Part shown: piece after piece, positions 42,288 through 56,942 of the stretch
Position numbering within the stretch: the stretch's first letter is position 1
Layout: each line of letters begins with the position of its first letter
Source of the DNA: Azolla caroliniana
Taxonomy: Eukaryota > Plantae > Polypodiophyta
Reading direction: 5' to 3'
Assembly (NCBI GenBank): GCA_043228905.1
Contig: JBHGNT010000016.1
Span: 7,750,001 to 7,814,000 of the forward strand
Length of the DNA stretch: 64,000 bases
Program-made: the position numbers and the translations under genes
The notes under the pieces: generated by a model
Told to the model about the DNA's origin: nothing
The model's input: only the letters and a program-made list of their open reading frames with translations
Database searches by the model: none

Positions 42288-45200
42288 TTATCCTCTAACC
42301 CTCTCCATTCCTTTTTCAGCTCTTTGCATTCGTTCTTTATATGTTCTCCATTCAAGATGGCAACGCTCTCTTACCTACATGATTACAAAGATTATAACAG
42401 TAACTTATTTTCTTTCTCTCTTAAATTATAACCGTAACCTTAATATATCTTAAGAGTTGTATTGTCCATGAACACAATGCATTTGATATAGGCATTTCGT
42501 TCTACTAATTACTTTCCATGAAATAAAGAAAACAAAAGGGTTAAATTGAGCCTTACCCCTTCCCAGGCGGTTTTGTTATCAGTAGCTTTGCCCTGAATGA
42601 AATTTCACACATGTTCACATAGAGTGAGAAAAAACATTGTATTGTATTGTATTGTATCATAATGTATTTGTGACGAAAGGTTCACTCCCCGCAAGGACCA
42701 CTTGGATCAAAATGATTACCTGATTACCTAAGGATGGCACCACTTTGTGTACAATATACTGTGAATCGACAACACCTATCTTCTCATGAGCAGGCTGCAA
42801 AAATGAAGCACACACTTTCTTAATCATCACTATCTCTCCACTTTTTGTTTCCAGTTACTTAGAAGAACTCCAAATAGCATGGGACGAGTTTCTAGAAATG
42901 TCTCAGTTCTCTTGTTCCTTCACCCGACCCCAGAAATTAATGTAGAGCTGATGTACACTTAACTAAATCAAAATACCTGAATTTTGAATTTACTATTTGT
43001 ATACGTTTTCATGACCATCCCTATGGTTGAAAATGGTGGTTTAAAGTCTTCAATCCTTGTATAGTCTCCTCAGACAAAACCTCCACCGTTTACAACAACC
43101 CCTACTTCTCCCGGGTTTCAAATCAACAAACATCCACCGCTCAGAACATGGTTAGATCACTAACTCAGACCCCTTACTCTCATTCTATCTTTAAAAAAAA
43201 GGGAGGGAAGGGTGCACAGTTAGCAGTCTTTCATACATGATTCCTCTTAGCTTAGCAACCGATGGCTTGTTCTTCTACCAGCACACTTCTCTCCCTCCTT
43301 TTATGGATCATGAATACAATGATGATATACAGAGAAAGAAATTTAATATAAATCTCATTCTTGCAAAAACTGCACAACCAAGAACCCAAATGCAGCATAA
43401 ACATGCATATACATAGTGAAGAAGCACACTAACCCCTCATAAATTTCATTGATATAAATGAGCCTGGGAAATGTAAAACAAAAAAAACTCAATCCTACCT
43501 CAACACACTTTCCCAATGTGAAGTCTAAACCCCAGCCATGAACAAGATCATTCTGCAACACACATAGCCACCTTCAGTATTTTGTACATGTTTTAAAAAA
43601 TTTCATGATTTCTGATTAGCATCTTATAGATCATGACCTGAATCATATTCCAAACACACTGCCATGCTGTCCTTGAAAAGACAGGTGCCATGATCTCTAC
43701 AAATCTAGACAGAAAATTTGGAAGGTCCATTAAAAATGATAAAGATTACACAAATAAATAAACAGAAAAATTGAGAAGAGACAAAAACTACCCCGCACAT
43801 GGAGGTTTACGAGGATCAGAACACCAGCCAGGTTTTTCCTCTGTGGACCTGTAATAAATATGTAGATTATAAGCATGCACCCCAACACAAAATTTTGGAG
43901 AAAAACTTCTAGCAGCCCTTATTTTGCACAGTTTAAACTGGTCTTACTTATGCACTTCAGAATTGCCCAGTCGCTTTGTCATCTGCCATGTCAACCCTCG
44001 GTCAGGTTCTAAACCTGGTTGAGAAATCTCTAAACCATGTTTCTTTACTAATCGTACATACCTAATTTCCATTACAAAACATCTTCATCAGCACCACGCC
44101 TATAACGAAGACAGGTACTAACTACTTTAAAGTTACATAAAAACAAACTTTCAGGTAACATGAGCCTGAAAGATATATCCAAGCAGAAGCAAACTTTGAT
44201 AATATTAGCTGCCAATGATCAATATATGACTATTTTGACAAGAGACAGCATAATAAGTGAAGTTTCCTGATTTCGTGAATGCCTGGACATATCATATATG
44301 TGAAGTGTGTGATCATTTTCTAGTGTAGCCAAGGTTTTTACCATGTCAATAAAAAGCTCTGAATTGCTGTGCAAAATCTTATTATAATTTGAATGTCTGA
44401 AATCTGTAGCATACATTTCCTCAGTTGCTCAACATACCTGGGGAAAAACATGGGGTGCTACAAACATCACTAAAAGACTGTAAATTAGCTCAGACCTTTC
44501 TTTTGCAAGGAATGACAACACTAACACATGGAGATATATGTATTTATCGAATATATGACTGGAAATGTTTGTGGCCTATTTCTAAAATATGTGTACATAG
44601 AAGGAAAAAGGGCTCTTTGAATGGCAACTTGTCATTGGGGGTAACAACTAACTTCTCTTTCATCTAGAGAATGTTATTGTCAATCCTAGTTAAATAAAGA
44701 ACCCAAAATCTTTACAGAGTACCACTGGAAAGCATTGCCCTTTAAACATTATAAGAGAGAAAGAGAGACGCTATTTAGACAATTTAAAGCCAACCGATAT
44801 TCTACAAAACCCTTTGTAGCATTTAAATTACAGATATTCTCATAATTGAACTATGTCACAAGAAATCGTACTCTTCTGCATCAAAATGCTGCACATCCAA
44901 GTCTTCATCCCAAATGAATATATAATCGAAGGGCTCCACGACATCAGGATGGAGAAATCTCTTTGCAAACCACCTGTAGTCATCATCAGAAACACTCGAG
45001 ATGAGACTGAGATACATACAACATGTATATCTCTGAAATGTGTGTAAGTAACTTTAACAGTTTCAAGATGCAAGATCAGTCACTCTAGTGTTACTATAGA
45101 ACTTACTCCGCTAATAATTCATCCTAAAAGTGCTCGATAAAAGAAAAAATATAAGTGCACCCAAATCCCGGAGGCTCAACATGAGAAATACATCCATATG

Positions 45201-48200
45201 CATTGATATCAATAGCTCAATTTTCATAAAGAAACTCAGGCACACAACCTTGCATTCAACTATACAGGGCAACATGTTGCCAACAAATGGCAAGCATAAG
45301 CAACCTTTTCTTGATATAAACATGATGTATATGATATTCAATAAACACTATGCTATTGAGAGCACAGTATTTTCTGATTATAATTTGGCATGCAAATTTG
45401 TAAGACCGCCTTTGTTGTCTAGCATGACATTGACTCGTACACAAGGTTAAACAAGACTTGCATGGAAATTATATAGTTTTATAGAGGCCATCATCTATAT
45501 TCCTCATGGTGTTACTATGGCTGTTTCCTCCTTCATGATAGTCTAGTTATGGATGTGATATAAGTTTTGATCTGATAGGACTCTTTTTTGACAGACCATT
45601 GAAAAGGTTCCAATCAGTCCTCTCCAGCTACTAAAATTTAAAAAAAACACTAAATCAAAATATAATTAGAAACCCACCATTTACTTTGTTTCCTCGCACT
45701 GATATGGATTGCCCTTCGAGACCACTCGAACTCATCCCATTCATTTGTGCGTCCATCATAGTGGAAAAGCACAACCGTCCAATTTGCAGAGAACTTTGAT
45801 ATTAAAGGATGATGCATTTTGTTAAAAATTCAGCCAAACGCTTCATGAGAATGAAATGGCAATAATGTCATGACTGACCAGATGGAGAACAAACCTTAGA
45901 CATGGCGGCCTTTATAATGTCTTTCTGGTCAAAACCAACTGTAAATGTCACCAAATACTTTGCCTTGAATGGTAAATCCTGCAACACAAACCAAGACCCA
46001 TGTAAAGACCATAATACAATCTTTCTATTAGAGGTAAAGAAAGATTATGTTACAATTTAATGTAAAAACTGAAATAAGAATTTTCATGACAACACAGCAG
46101 AGGACTGCACTTTCATAATGTAGACCTTTTCATTCATGTAAAATCAGAAACCAGTATGTAAATGCATTCATATATTAATGATAAAAAACGAATTAATGTG
46201 GTGATATGAAAACAAACCATCATAGAAATTTCTTGCACCAGAAAAATGAGAGCAAACATGTAATACAAAACTACACAAATTTTGAAAATAGTCTGCATTC
46301 CTTGTCCTCATAGAATATTCTCCATCATGTGTAGAATTCATAACCTCATATATGGATAGTTCTTCAATAAGTAATGTTAACTCTACAGATAAAACTATTA
46401 AGAAGGATGCTTTCTCATTGTATAAGGCACAAATATTGATTTCCTCCCACATTCATTCATTCATAGTTCAGTGTCACGAACAGAACATTGGCATGCATAA
46501 GGAGGAAGTAAATTGGTAGAAGTTAAGAAATGGCTTGTGTCCCCACAAGTGTAAAGGGGATAAGATGAACACACCCAAGTTGTAAAGAGGTAAGTCTTTC
46601 CTTAATTTCTTGTATGATTTTGGTCTCCTTGGTTTCTGGAAGTGCATTCATTCTTGAGTGTGTTTTATTTAGTTAAGTTGTGTATGTTCACTACATAATT
46701 GCTTATATTAATGAGCTCATTAGTTTACTGGGTGAATGTGATGACTTAGTTGAGAACGGTTCGTCCTGAACACTTAACATAATCATTATTAGTCTTAGCA
46801 GCAGTTGACAACTGGTCCTACCCATGTTGCTAACAATACTATAAACGACAAAAGATCCCTCTTATAAAATACTATAATTCTCATGGCCTAACACTAACTG
46901 TCAAGTCTCGAATTCAAAAGAACACATGGGAACAGGGAGAACGAGAAGGGACCCAACAGTTCCCAAACCCATAACAATGCACACGTTGGTATCACAAATC
47001 AAAGAAGACAAGGCAGTAACAAGGCATTGGAGATAGGTCATTGTGACTCAGACTTGCCAGACATTAACAATCAATGGAGGAGAGAGCCATTTCTATCTTC
47101 TCAGACCTAGCAACCATACTACCTCTTTACATCATTCCCATTGTTTGCATGCCATTATTTATCCCATCATCAGCTTCAAGTGGAATCAGTCATATAGTCC
47201 ATGGATACCATGCTTGTATACCTTTCTCATATACATTAGAGACTCCTCCATGAAAATCCCTACTACCTAAAACATGCCTTCCTGTTTTTTATTTCCAAAT
47301 TCCAGATTAGCCAGTCATGTTCTTTATCATGTAATATTTTGCCTTTCTCTGGATACCCAAAGTAAAAATACACTTGTGTTTATAATCTGTCTCACAGACC
47401 AATTCAGCTTTCAGTAGACATACCATTCTTACATACTCACTACTAATGAAATATCATGTGTAATATACAATTCAAGGATATTGTGGTTTCCAAATCACAA
47501 CCAAAATTAGTCTCTTCCATCTTATGAGTAAAGTATGGCTATATAATTCAAATAACCATCATAACTTTTCGGCATAAGTAAACAGATGGGAAACTTTTCA
47601 GCATCCTCTACAATTAGCTCAATTTCTAGGAATAAACTCAAATAACACATACTTGGTACAAAGTGAAGTTTTAACCACTTTTCAGAAGAAAAAAAAATCA
47701 AACAGAACAAACCTCATCGGGATTACCCCAAAGCCTACGCAGATACAAATCTGTTGTTGCAGCAATGATACCAGGAGGTAGAACCTTTGCAGCATTAAGA
47801 CTACTTTGTTGTGAGGTCTGCAGCACATACTTGTACTTCAGAGATGTAAAGGAAAATATTAGCAGTTCGATTTGAAAAAGACTAAAACAAGCCAAGATCT
47901 CAGTAAATAGTAGACATCATTAGTTTGCCACTACAAGTTATAGATGAACCCAGAAAGGAGAACATGCATTTCATTACAGGATACTCTTTTCTTTTCTTAT
48001 CGACTATCAACTAAAAACTTGATATTTCGTAAACTGAAAAAGGAGATTCAACAAGTTTCAGTTAAAGACCAACAACTGGTTAATACGAAGTTCCAATTGT
48101 GAGACACCACATCCTTCAGTGTGAAATGAGGAAGAGGGTCATAGGTATTGGAATGATGGAAGATAATTCTCAATTAGGTTGAAATCTCTAGAAACGCATG

Positions 48201-50814
48201 CCATGCTTTCCTTTATCATGTTACATTTATATGCTCTAGAATCCTGCTGGTTTATGGCCAATCAAAGAACATGATGATGAAAGGTCGCCACCTCTTCACT
48301 GAACCATCACAAAAGTGAAAGATCATCAACTTTTATTGAATGGCCTTCAATGCCCTGGAGTGGTTCACAAATGGAACCACTTGACTTGAGGAAACATGAG
48401 GGGACAACTCAACCACAATGAAAGCTCAAGAAAGAAAGATATTTTAACGTCTTTTAAGAGGCCAAAATGGCCTATAAGACCAAATAAGAGATTACATCTT
48501 CAGTGTTGTCTTGTCTTTGAGAACAAATCAAGATAAAATAAATATTACACAGTAAATATAAAAGTAAATAAGATGAAAAGAGAAGAAATGAGGGAATCTG
48601 GTTTTGTCACATGTGAGATTCTCAAGTTAGGTATATTGTAGCTTTTGTCTTCGAAAGATCTCTAGCATAGGTCGATCCAGAATGGAAATGTCTTCGAAGC
48701 GAGGGAAGCACCTACGATGGCGGGAGATAATGGCTTTTATCTGTCCATGACAAGGGTGTCGAGGTCGTGGTCCATGGGGCCAGGGCCTAAGTGCACGGAA
48801 AATTGCTATTGCCCGATCAATTGTAACCCCTTTGTTATGTCCTAATCTGGAGCCCCCTTGTAGCATTAGTAGAAGTGATGGAGCTAAAGAAAGTTGTGAT
48901 TGTTCTTTGTGGATGAGCTTGTGTGGCTATATTCTTCAACAACTTTTCCCGATGTCTCTTGAGCTCTTGCAAGAAAAGTCCTAGGCATCGTTGGTCCTCA
49001 TATTCCATTACCTTGTGTAGTGGGCCAAAGCCTTGTTTAAAGAGGCAATGGTATCTTCCTCTGATTTCATAAAAGACACTTCAATGACAAACATAGTGTT
49101 CCTCAGATTCCACTCCTTGATGACACAATTGGCAAATTCTCTCTTCTAGAGGTAGTCGTGTATATCTGCCTACCTCAATCTGTAGCTGATGTGATGAAGT
49201 TCGCAACTGCCCTATCACACTACGCAACGCATAGGATAGATGTATGTCCATATAAGGTGGCCTGATGACAAATCCATCCTCCGATGTATGTAAGAAGTGT
49301 GTCTTATAGTGGGCCATCTTTGTACCAAGTGGTATTTTGGGGCTGATCCATGTTATCTTGTTTTCCCACAAAAGGTGTGTGATTCCGCACTAATAAATCT
49401 TTGCCCATGGCGAAGGCTTAATATCTCTTTCTCAATGTTCAACATTGTTTCATGGATCAAGAATTTGGATTTCACAGTCCTAAATGTGGGGCTGCTGTAC
49501 TCTCAAATCATTACATGTAGGGTGAATTTACCCATATTAGTGCAAAACAAACGAAATGTTCCTCAAAGCACATGCTCTACCAATTCATCATTTGACCACT
49601 ATTAATCTACTTACGAATAGGATAATTCTAAGAAATGATTTTTTGCTGGGCATTATGAGGCTATAAAGTTTGAGAAAACTTCTTCTAGGCAAGTTTCGAG
49701 AACATAATATGCAACATTGCCAATCCACATGTTTAACTGATCACTGAAAAGAAAGTTATAGTTTTCTCACCTTAGATGTTGATGGTAAAAAATCAGCTAT
49801 TTGACTCAAGGAACCTCTTGTTTTGGAGCCAAACTGTATGGCCAAAAACCAGAAAGTGAGCTCAAAGAAAATGGAAACAAGAAATACCGATGTAACAAAG
49901 GTATAGGATGCACCATAATACATTGTTGGAAGTGGTTCCAATGAAGAAGCCGGCCAGAAAACCCATAGCCACACCAAACATGACTCTTCTCGTGTCAGAG
50001 GTCTTTCTAGCGAAGCCACTAGATGGAACAAAAAAACAAAATCCAATGTAATCTAAACATATATAACTGAGACATTTACAATGGATTTTGGCAGAGTTCT
50101 TTTCTTCTATATATTGTTTGATTTTTTCTTCTTGTTTTCCCCAAAAATGGTATTCACAATTACACACAAATACATCTAATTACAGGGTTTACGAGGAAGG
50201 GGTTGAATGGATTTGGCGTTTTTCATGGCATGATACATCTTCCGATAATAATAAAAAATATCTAGTGCTTTCACTTCACGAATTTCTCTGAGGAGGATCA
50301 AAACACACCCAGATAAACATTTGTCACAGGATTTAAGAGGGTTTTAGGATAGGTTTTGGCGTGAGTTTTCTGCACAATACAACCTGTGGCATAAAATACT
50401 TAGCGGTTGATTGAGTGGGGTGTCCCCAATCAGGAAGGAACAAAAATCCAACGTAAATTCTACAATACATATATAGACATATCCATACACATGCATGCAT
50501 ACATACATACATACATACATACAAAAGACCTTGAAGAGAAAAGAACAAGAATAGATCACCTGCAAGTGATGGATATATCAAATATAAAATTAAATGAATA
50601 ATGACTCGTTAAAAAACCCTCGAAATTTTTGAAGAAAACACGGAGATAGAATCGACAGGAGAAGAAGAGGAAGAAAAACAAGGAGACTTGGTAAGAATTA
50701 ATATATATATATATATATATAGGGTTTAGGTTTGAGGGTTTAGGGTTTAGGGTGTATATATATATATATATGGGTTCCTTCTGTTTGTTGCTTATACCTG
50801 TGAAGAATGGCCAT
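42288..50814 (-). CDS. DUF707 family protein (lysine ketoglutarate reductase trans-splicing related 1-like), 14 exons, ~357 aa
   Basis: GT-AG exons 50798-50814, 49922-50018, 49771-49833, 47713-47817, 45895-45978, 45678-45793, 44872-44973, 43948-44061, 43792-43848, 43638-43704, 43499-43552, 42720-42794, 42557-42592 and 42288-42374 total 1074 nt in frame. Motifs: LPPGII..TDLYLRRLWGNP, LFHYDG, WWFAKRFLHPDVV, YIFIWDEDL, LEISQPGL, PPCAGFVEIMAPVFSR, QNDLVHGWGLDF, IGVVDSQYIVH. The first three exons are less certain. Confidence 0.92.
48428..49366 (-). mobile_element. Second, shorter copy of the same LINE 3' end, in DUF707 intron 3
   Basis: Reverse complement of 40902-41858 with one internal indel. 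ORF 49081-49371 reads LRTSSHQLQIEVGRYTRLPLEERICQLCHQGVESEEHYVCH. Confidence 0.9.
50700..50771. repeat. Short telomere-like (TTTAGGG)/telo-box cluster between (AT)n tracts in DUF707 intron 1
   Basis: agggtttaggtttgagggtttagggtttagggt at 50721-50753. Confidence 0.7.
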
Positions 50815-51432
50815 TGTTTGTCGAGGACCCAGGAAAGAAAAGAAGAAGAAGAAACACGAGAGTTTGAGAGGGAGGAGAGGTATATGAGAAATGGGTATTC
50901 AGCTAAGGGTAAGAGGAGAGATGGAATCAAAGAGCACCATAGCCCAAAAAGTAAACTATGATTTCTATCTCTGCATCTGTCAGTCTGGGTGCGAGATAGA
51001 GATCACTTCTCAACGTGATCATAAGCAGCAGCACTAAACTAATTCTAACTGTAAATTGCACCACAGCAGCAGCAGCAGGAAGGAGCCCATAACAAGAGGC
51101 CCAATCAATCAATCAATCTCTCATAGTCACCTGCCTGCCCATCCTATTGGCCGCCCGCCCATCCGACCGGCCCGCTCCTTGTCCGCTCACCCACCCTGTT
51201 GGTGCTCTTTAAATCAAGAGATCACTCTTGTTAAACCAGCAGGCCTCTCTCGTGTTTGAAAATCATGATCGTCTTTCTCTGTTATGCCACAAGTGTGAAT
51301 AATGCATACCAGAGAGAGAAAAGAGTGCCCATATAGATGTAGCTCGATTGATAAAGTTGCCTAATGGAGACCAATGAGTAATGGGTTCAACCCCCCTACA
51401 TTCCACAGTGGCATCTGGTAAATTAAGAGATA

Positions 51433-54400
51433 TGTTACTAATAACTATGTAGTAATAGAGAGGTGAGAAATTTGGGTTTTGAACCCAAGACATAGTGTTT
51501 GTAGTGTAGAACTTGTGAAGAAACAAGCTCAACAAAAGCATGTGATGCTCATTGGGAAATAAGATATTCTAAAGTAGCTATTAGGAAATTAGCAACTAGT
51601 GAACATATAAGTACTCACGGCTATTTAGCTATTTAGCTGCATATATAAGTCACTTATATACTGAGGTAAAAAAGTAAGAGTAGTATGAGAGTAGCTCTAA
51701 GAGGAGAAGAAGTAGGTTCTCTTTGTGTAATGAAATAGAAGCTTTTGGGTTGCTACAGAGGTAAGTCTCCTTCCCCCTTCCTTTTTTGTCTTGAACACAC
51801 TAAACGATCCAGCACATCACGATCCGTTGTGCATTAAGAAGAGTCGGAGCGCCTTCGTAACATGGTATCAGAGCAGAGTTGCTCGTAAAGAGGAATAATA
51901 CAAATCTAATAAGTTTGGTTCTGGTTGCTGGTCTGAATCAGAGAGTTGTTTGTGACGTTAATCGTAGCAAAAGCCCTAATTTGAAAGAGAGAATGGTTGT
52001 TGAGAATGGAAGCCAAATAGTCACAGAAAAGTTGGACAAAAACAATTTCCCTGCGTGGAAATTTGGAATGACAAATTTCCTGATGGGAAAAGGATATTGG
52101 GATTACATTGAAGAAGACCTAGAAGAGGCTCCAGAGATCCCTAAAGAAAATGCAATTGCTGCATAGATTAAAGCATTTAAGGAATGGAATCAAGGGGCAA
52201 GGAAAGTATTGCATTGGCTGTCACTTAGCATCTCAGATTCGATGCTTCGACACATACAAGATGCTTTGCTTCCAAAAGAAGCTTTTTTCAGTAAACACAA
52301 AGGCTAGAAAGCTTTAGTTGAAGGCTAAGCTAAATACCTTGGAAAAATAAAGAGCATATGTGAATCACTTGCTTCTATTAATGTGAAGGTAGAAGACAAT
52401 GATAAGGTGGAAAAATGTTTAGAAGCTTAGGACCTCAATATAAAAGCTTCAAAACATCTATTCTCACAAGGGATAGCATCCCAAGTTTTCCAGATCTAGT
52501 TTCAATGCTTGTAGTGGAAGAAAGAAATCAGATGGATGATGTAAACAAACGAAACTCTGAGACTAAGGGACAAGCCCTCTACAATAGTGTTGGAAGAGGT
52601 CGAGGAAGAGGCCATGGAAGATTTGGTTCAGCTAGAACCAACAATAATTATCAAGGAAGAGGATAACAAGCTACACATGGAAGAAACAACATCAGAGGCA
52701 GGGGGAGCAATCGAGGCAGAGGTAAGCAAACTTATTTGAATGATAGTGGTTGTTGGTATTGTGGAAAACCAAGCCATACACAGGCCGAATGCTATAAAAA
52801 GCAAAATGATGAAAAAAGAGGGAAGAGACAGCAAAATAACTATGCTTCAACTAGTGAAAACTGTGATAAAGAAGGTGCACTTATGATACAACATGAGACA
52901 ACAACAATGGTTGAATGCTCACAAAGATGTAATGAAGAGTATATGTGGTATGTAGATTATGGGGCATCTAATCATATGACTGGACATGCAAATTGGTTTG
53001 AAAGTCTAAGAGAGCCAGAGATTCCTGGTTATGTACAGACAGGTGATAATACCACTCATACAATCGAGCATGTTGGAGATATCCCATTGTGGGAAGAAAA
53101 AGGAAAAACAAAGTATATGTTGAATGTTATGCATGTGCTAAACCTTGCAAAAAATCTGATTTCTTCTGGACAGATAGTAGAGCAAGGAATGCAAGTTAAG
53201 TTTAAGCAAAGTGGATGCTTTATACAGAAACATGGAAAGCTTATTGCAAAAGGAAAATGACAAGGAAGAATGTTTGTGTTAAATGTGGATATGCCTAAAA
53301 AGATTACAACCATGTTTGTGGAAGGAATGAATGTAGTCTCATATGTGGAGATGTGGCATAAAAGAATCGGTCACATAAGTATGCAAACCTTGCAAAATAT
53401 GTTGAGGAAAAATGCAGTGGTTGGACTGCCTAAGTTGAAAGACTGTGAGATGAGCAAAATATGTGAAGCATGCCAAAATGGAAAGCAAAACATGTTAGCT
53501 TTCCCTCATGAAAGACATGTAAGCAAAAATTTGTTGGATTTGGTATATACAGATGTATGGGGACCAACAAAAAATGCATCAATTGGTGGCTGTAGGTTTT
53601 ATGTAACATTTATTGATAGTTGCTCAAGGAAAACATGGGTTTACTTCATGAAAGAGAAAAGTGAAGTATTTGATTGCTTTCGTAAGTTTAAATGCATGGT
53701 AGAAAAGCAGGCTGGAACTAGAACAAAATGTTTAAGATCTAATGGACGAGGAGAATACTTCTCAAATGAATTTTCTAATTTTCTATGCAATCAAGGAATA
53801 AGGAGACAGTTCACATGTAGATATACTCCACAACAAAATGGAGTGGCTGAGAGAAAAAACAGAACTTTGGTGAACATAGCAAGAGCCTTCATGACTGAAA
53901 AAAATATGTCATTGTATTACTGGGTAGAAGCTGTAAACACAACAAACTTTATTCTAAATAGATGCATGACATCTGGAGTACATGAAGTAACTCCTGAAGA
54001 ATGCTTCTATGGAAGGAAACCTAGTTTAGGGCACTTAAAAGTGTTTGGATGCCTTGCCTATGTCCATGTACCTACTGGAGTAAGAAGTAAGCTTGATCCA
54101 AAAGCTGAAAAATGTGTATTGTTGGATATTTAGAGGACCAAAAAGGGTATATATGCTATAACCCGTTGACAAAAAAGATTGTAGTGAGCCGTGATGTAAT
54201 ATTTGATGAGTTGGGTAGCTAGTACAACTCAAAAGAAAATGTAGAAACTAATGAAGACAATAAAAATGAAGACAAGAACAAAAATCTAAAAATGAAAGTG
54301 ATAACCATGGAAATGGAAGCAATGTTGGACAACAAAGTTCAACATAAATAGAATGTACTAGACCATCTGAAAAATCTGGTAGTAAATCTAAATCAAATGC

Positions 54401-55815
54401 TTGGAGTGGAAAGAATGCAAAACAAAAAAAATATGATTATAAAAAGGGAAAACATAAGATGCCAGAATATGAAATGTTTGATGAAGGATCTAGAAAAATG
54501 GAAGATGTAGATTCAGATACATCATTGGATGATGAGTTGGGTATACGAGCCTTGAAAATCCTTGGTATTGAGAAGGCAATGAAAGATGCAAATAAAAAAC
54601 TGAGAAGATCATATAGAGAGAAAAAGACTGTTGAAAGATTTGGTTATGATACATACATGGCTATGCATCATGCGTATATGTCTAAAGTGGTACAGATTCT
54701 TGATCCAAATAGTTTTGATGAAGCAAAATCTGATAAGAAATGGGTGAATGTAATGCAAGAAGAAATAGAGGCATTGGTTGAAAATAAAACATGGGATTTA
54801 GTAAAGTTACCAAAAGGAAAAAATGTTGTAGGTTGCAAATGGGTATACAAAACAAAGCATGATTCCAATGGGAATGTAAGTAGGCATAAAGCAATACTTG
54901 TGGCAAAGGGATATGCCCAGATGCAAGGAATTGATTATGATGAAACATTTGCACTGGTTGCAAAAATGGCAACCTTGAGGACACTACTTGCTGTAAGTGC
55001 AGCCAAAAGATGGGTTTTGCACCATATGGATGTAAAAAATGCCTTTTTACATGGTAACTTGGAAGAGGAAGTATACATGTGTCAACCACTAGGATTTGAA
55101 GATAAGAAGCATCCAGAATATGTTTGTAAGCTGAAAAATGCTCTTTATGGACTGAAACAAGCACCGAGAGCATGGCACAAAGAACTTTCAAAATCTCTTA
55201 AAAAATTTGCCTTCAAAATATCAAAGGTTGATCCATCATTGTATATAAAAAGGACAAATGATTGCATTATTGTGATTTTGATTTATGTAGATGATTTAAT
55301 CATCAGAGGCGATTCTATGGATGAAATAAATAAGCTGAAGAAAAATTTGGAAATGCAATTTTATATGAAGGCTTTGGGAGAGTTGAGATACTTTCTTGGT
55401 ATTGAGATGATTAGATTTGAAAGTGGTATATATATGTTGCAAAAAGAGTATGCAACAACTATGTTGAAGAAGTATGGTATGCTTGGATGCAAACCTATTG
55501 ATGTACCGCTATTTAAGAACTGCAAATTGAGGGTTGGTTTGGGAGCCAAAATAGAAGATGTAAACATGTATAAGTCTATGGTGGGCAACCTCATATATTT
55601 GACTATAACAAGACCTGATTTGAGTTGTGTTGTTTGATTAGTCAACTAGTTTACGCAATAGCCAACAAAGCCATATTTGGACTACATTAGAAGAATCTTG
55701 AGGTATGTAAAAGCTACTCAGAACTATGGATTGTTTTACAGGGCTGATCTGGACATAAAGCTGGAAGGATATACATATGCCGATTGGGCTGGAAGCCAAA
55801 CTGATAGAATATCCA
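51433..55815 (+). mobile_element. Ty1/copia element 5 (AT-rich): 5' LTR ~51433-51862, PBS 51863-51874, gag-pol up to the start of RNase H
   Basis: TGTTAC...GTAACA then the perfect tRNA-Met PBS tggtatcagagc. Motifs EKLDKNNFPAW, CWYCGKPSH and WYVDYGASNHMT; integrase ORF 53270-54133; RT ORF 54459-55637 (LIYVDDL); YADWAGS, cut at 55815. Confidence 0.92.
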
Positions 55816-56490
55816 TGTTAAGCGCTTGGATAACAACACAACCAATCATGAATAAGAGCGCATCAACAAGGACGTAGTATGAAGAGGAAACGGCAAGAGG
55901 AAAAGAAGCAACGAGACGTCCAAGTGTGAAAGGCTATACCCTAAACGTGAAAGTTATATAAACCACATAGTAGTGGCTTTGTGGGGGTTCTCCCATTTGT
56001 AAAGATCTCCTAATTGATTAAGAGCTAGAGCTTCCTCTCCTCCACCTTGTAACTTTTAAACTTAAGAGAGATTAGTGAAATGTTTAGTTAGAGAACACTA
56101 ATCTCTCTTCCTTGTTGGTGCTAGACCTCTTAGTAAAGAGGGTTAATAAACATATTCATTACTCTTGTGGTCTACATTCATTACCCCATTGTCTATGAGA
56201 GCAAGCTTGAGAGAGTGAGAGAGGTATCGTGCTTAATCATCTATTAATAGTTAAGTGAGTGTGAGGCTTAGAGGTGTCCAACAACCGTCTCCGCCAGATT
56301 CGCCATCAAAAGGGTATACGCCGGTCTGAATCCTGCAATGACATTACGAAGCTTATTCTATCGATACATAGATCCTTCACATCTATTTGGCACCGTTGCC
56401 GGGGCACGACCGCCGCTTAAGCTTATTTTGAGTAGCCAAAAACTCGTAGGCAACCCACTTGACGAAGGAAGAAATCGAAAGGGAACCACT

Positions 56491-56717
56491 ATTTTCTGTT
56501 TTTCTCTCACTATTTCATAGTTTAATTAAGTTAAATTTATGTTTTTCCCTCACTATTCCTTAGTTTAATTAAGTTAATTATCTATTTTTCTCTCACTATT
56601 TCATAGTTTAATTAAGTTAATTTTCTAATTTTCCCTCACTATTCCTTAGTTTAATTAAGTTGATTTTCTGTTTTTCTCTCACTATTTCATAGTTTAATTA
56701 AGTTAATTTTCTGTTTT
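56491..56717. repeat. 43-bp tandem array (~5.3 copies, two alternating variants)
   Basis: Unit ttttctgtttttctctcactatttcatagtttaattaagttaa alternates with a ccc/tcctt variant. Confidence 0.9.
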
Positions 56718-56942
56718 TAAAAGAAGTTTTGAACTACCCTCCCTTAATCGCCTAGACATTAACAAGCTATTCGTTCAGTTAACACTAAACATTGTGGAGA
56801 TTGAGCCGTTACAGGGCAAGCATAACCATCGTGATTCTCGGGGATTACGATCATCCCACGGGACACGAAACGACCGTTGGCGCCAAAAAGTTCAGATTTC
56901 CCATGCAAAATTTGTCGAAAGAACAGAGTTCGATAAGGGAAG

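Noticed and set aside
50721-50753. Interstitial telomere or fusion scar
   Set aside because: Only about four imperfect units near a gene 5' end; consistent with ordinary telo-box or simple repeats.
51370-51495. B-box-like gggttcaacccc and gggttttgaaccc motifs as a SINE
   Set aside because: No convincing A-box at the right spacing, and no tail or target duplication.
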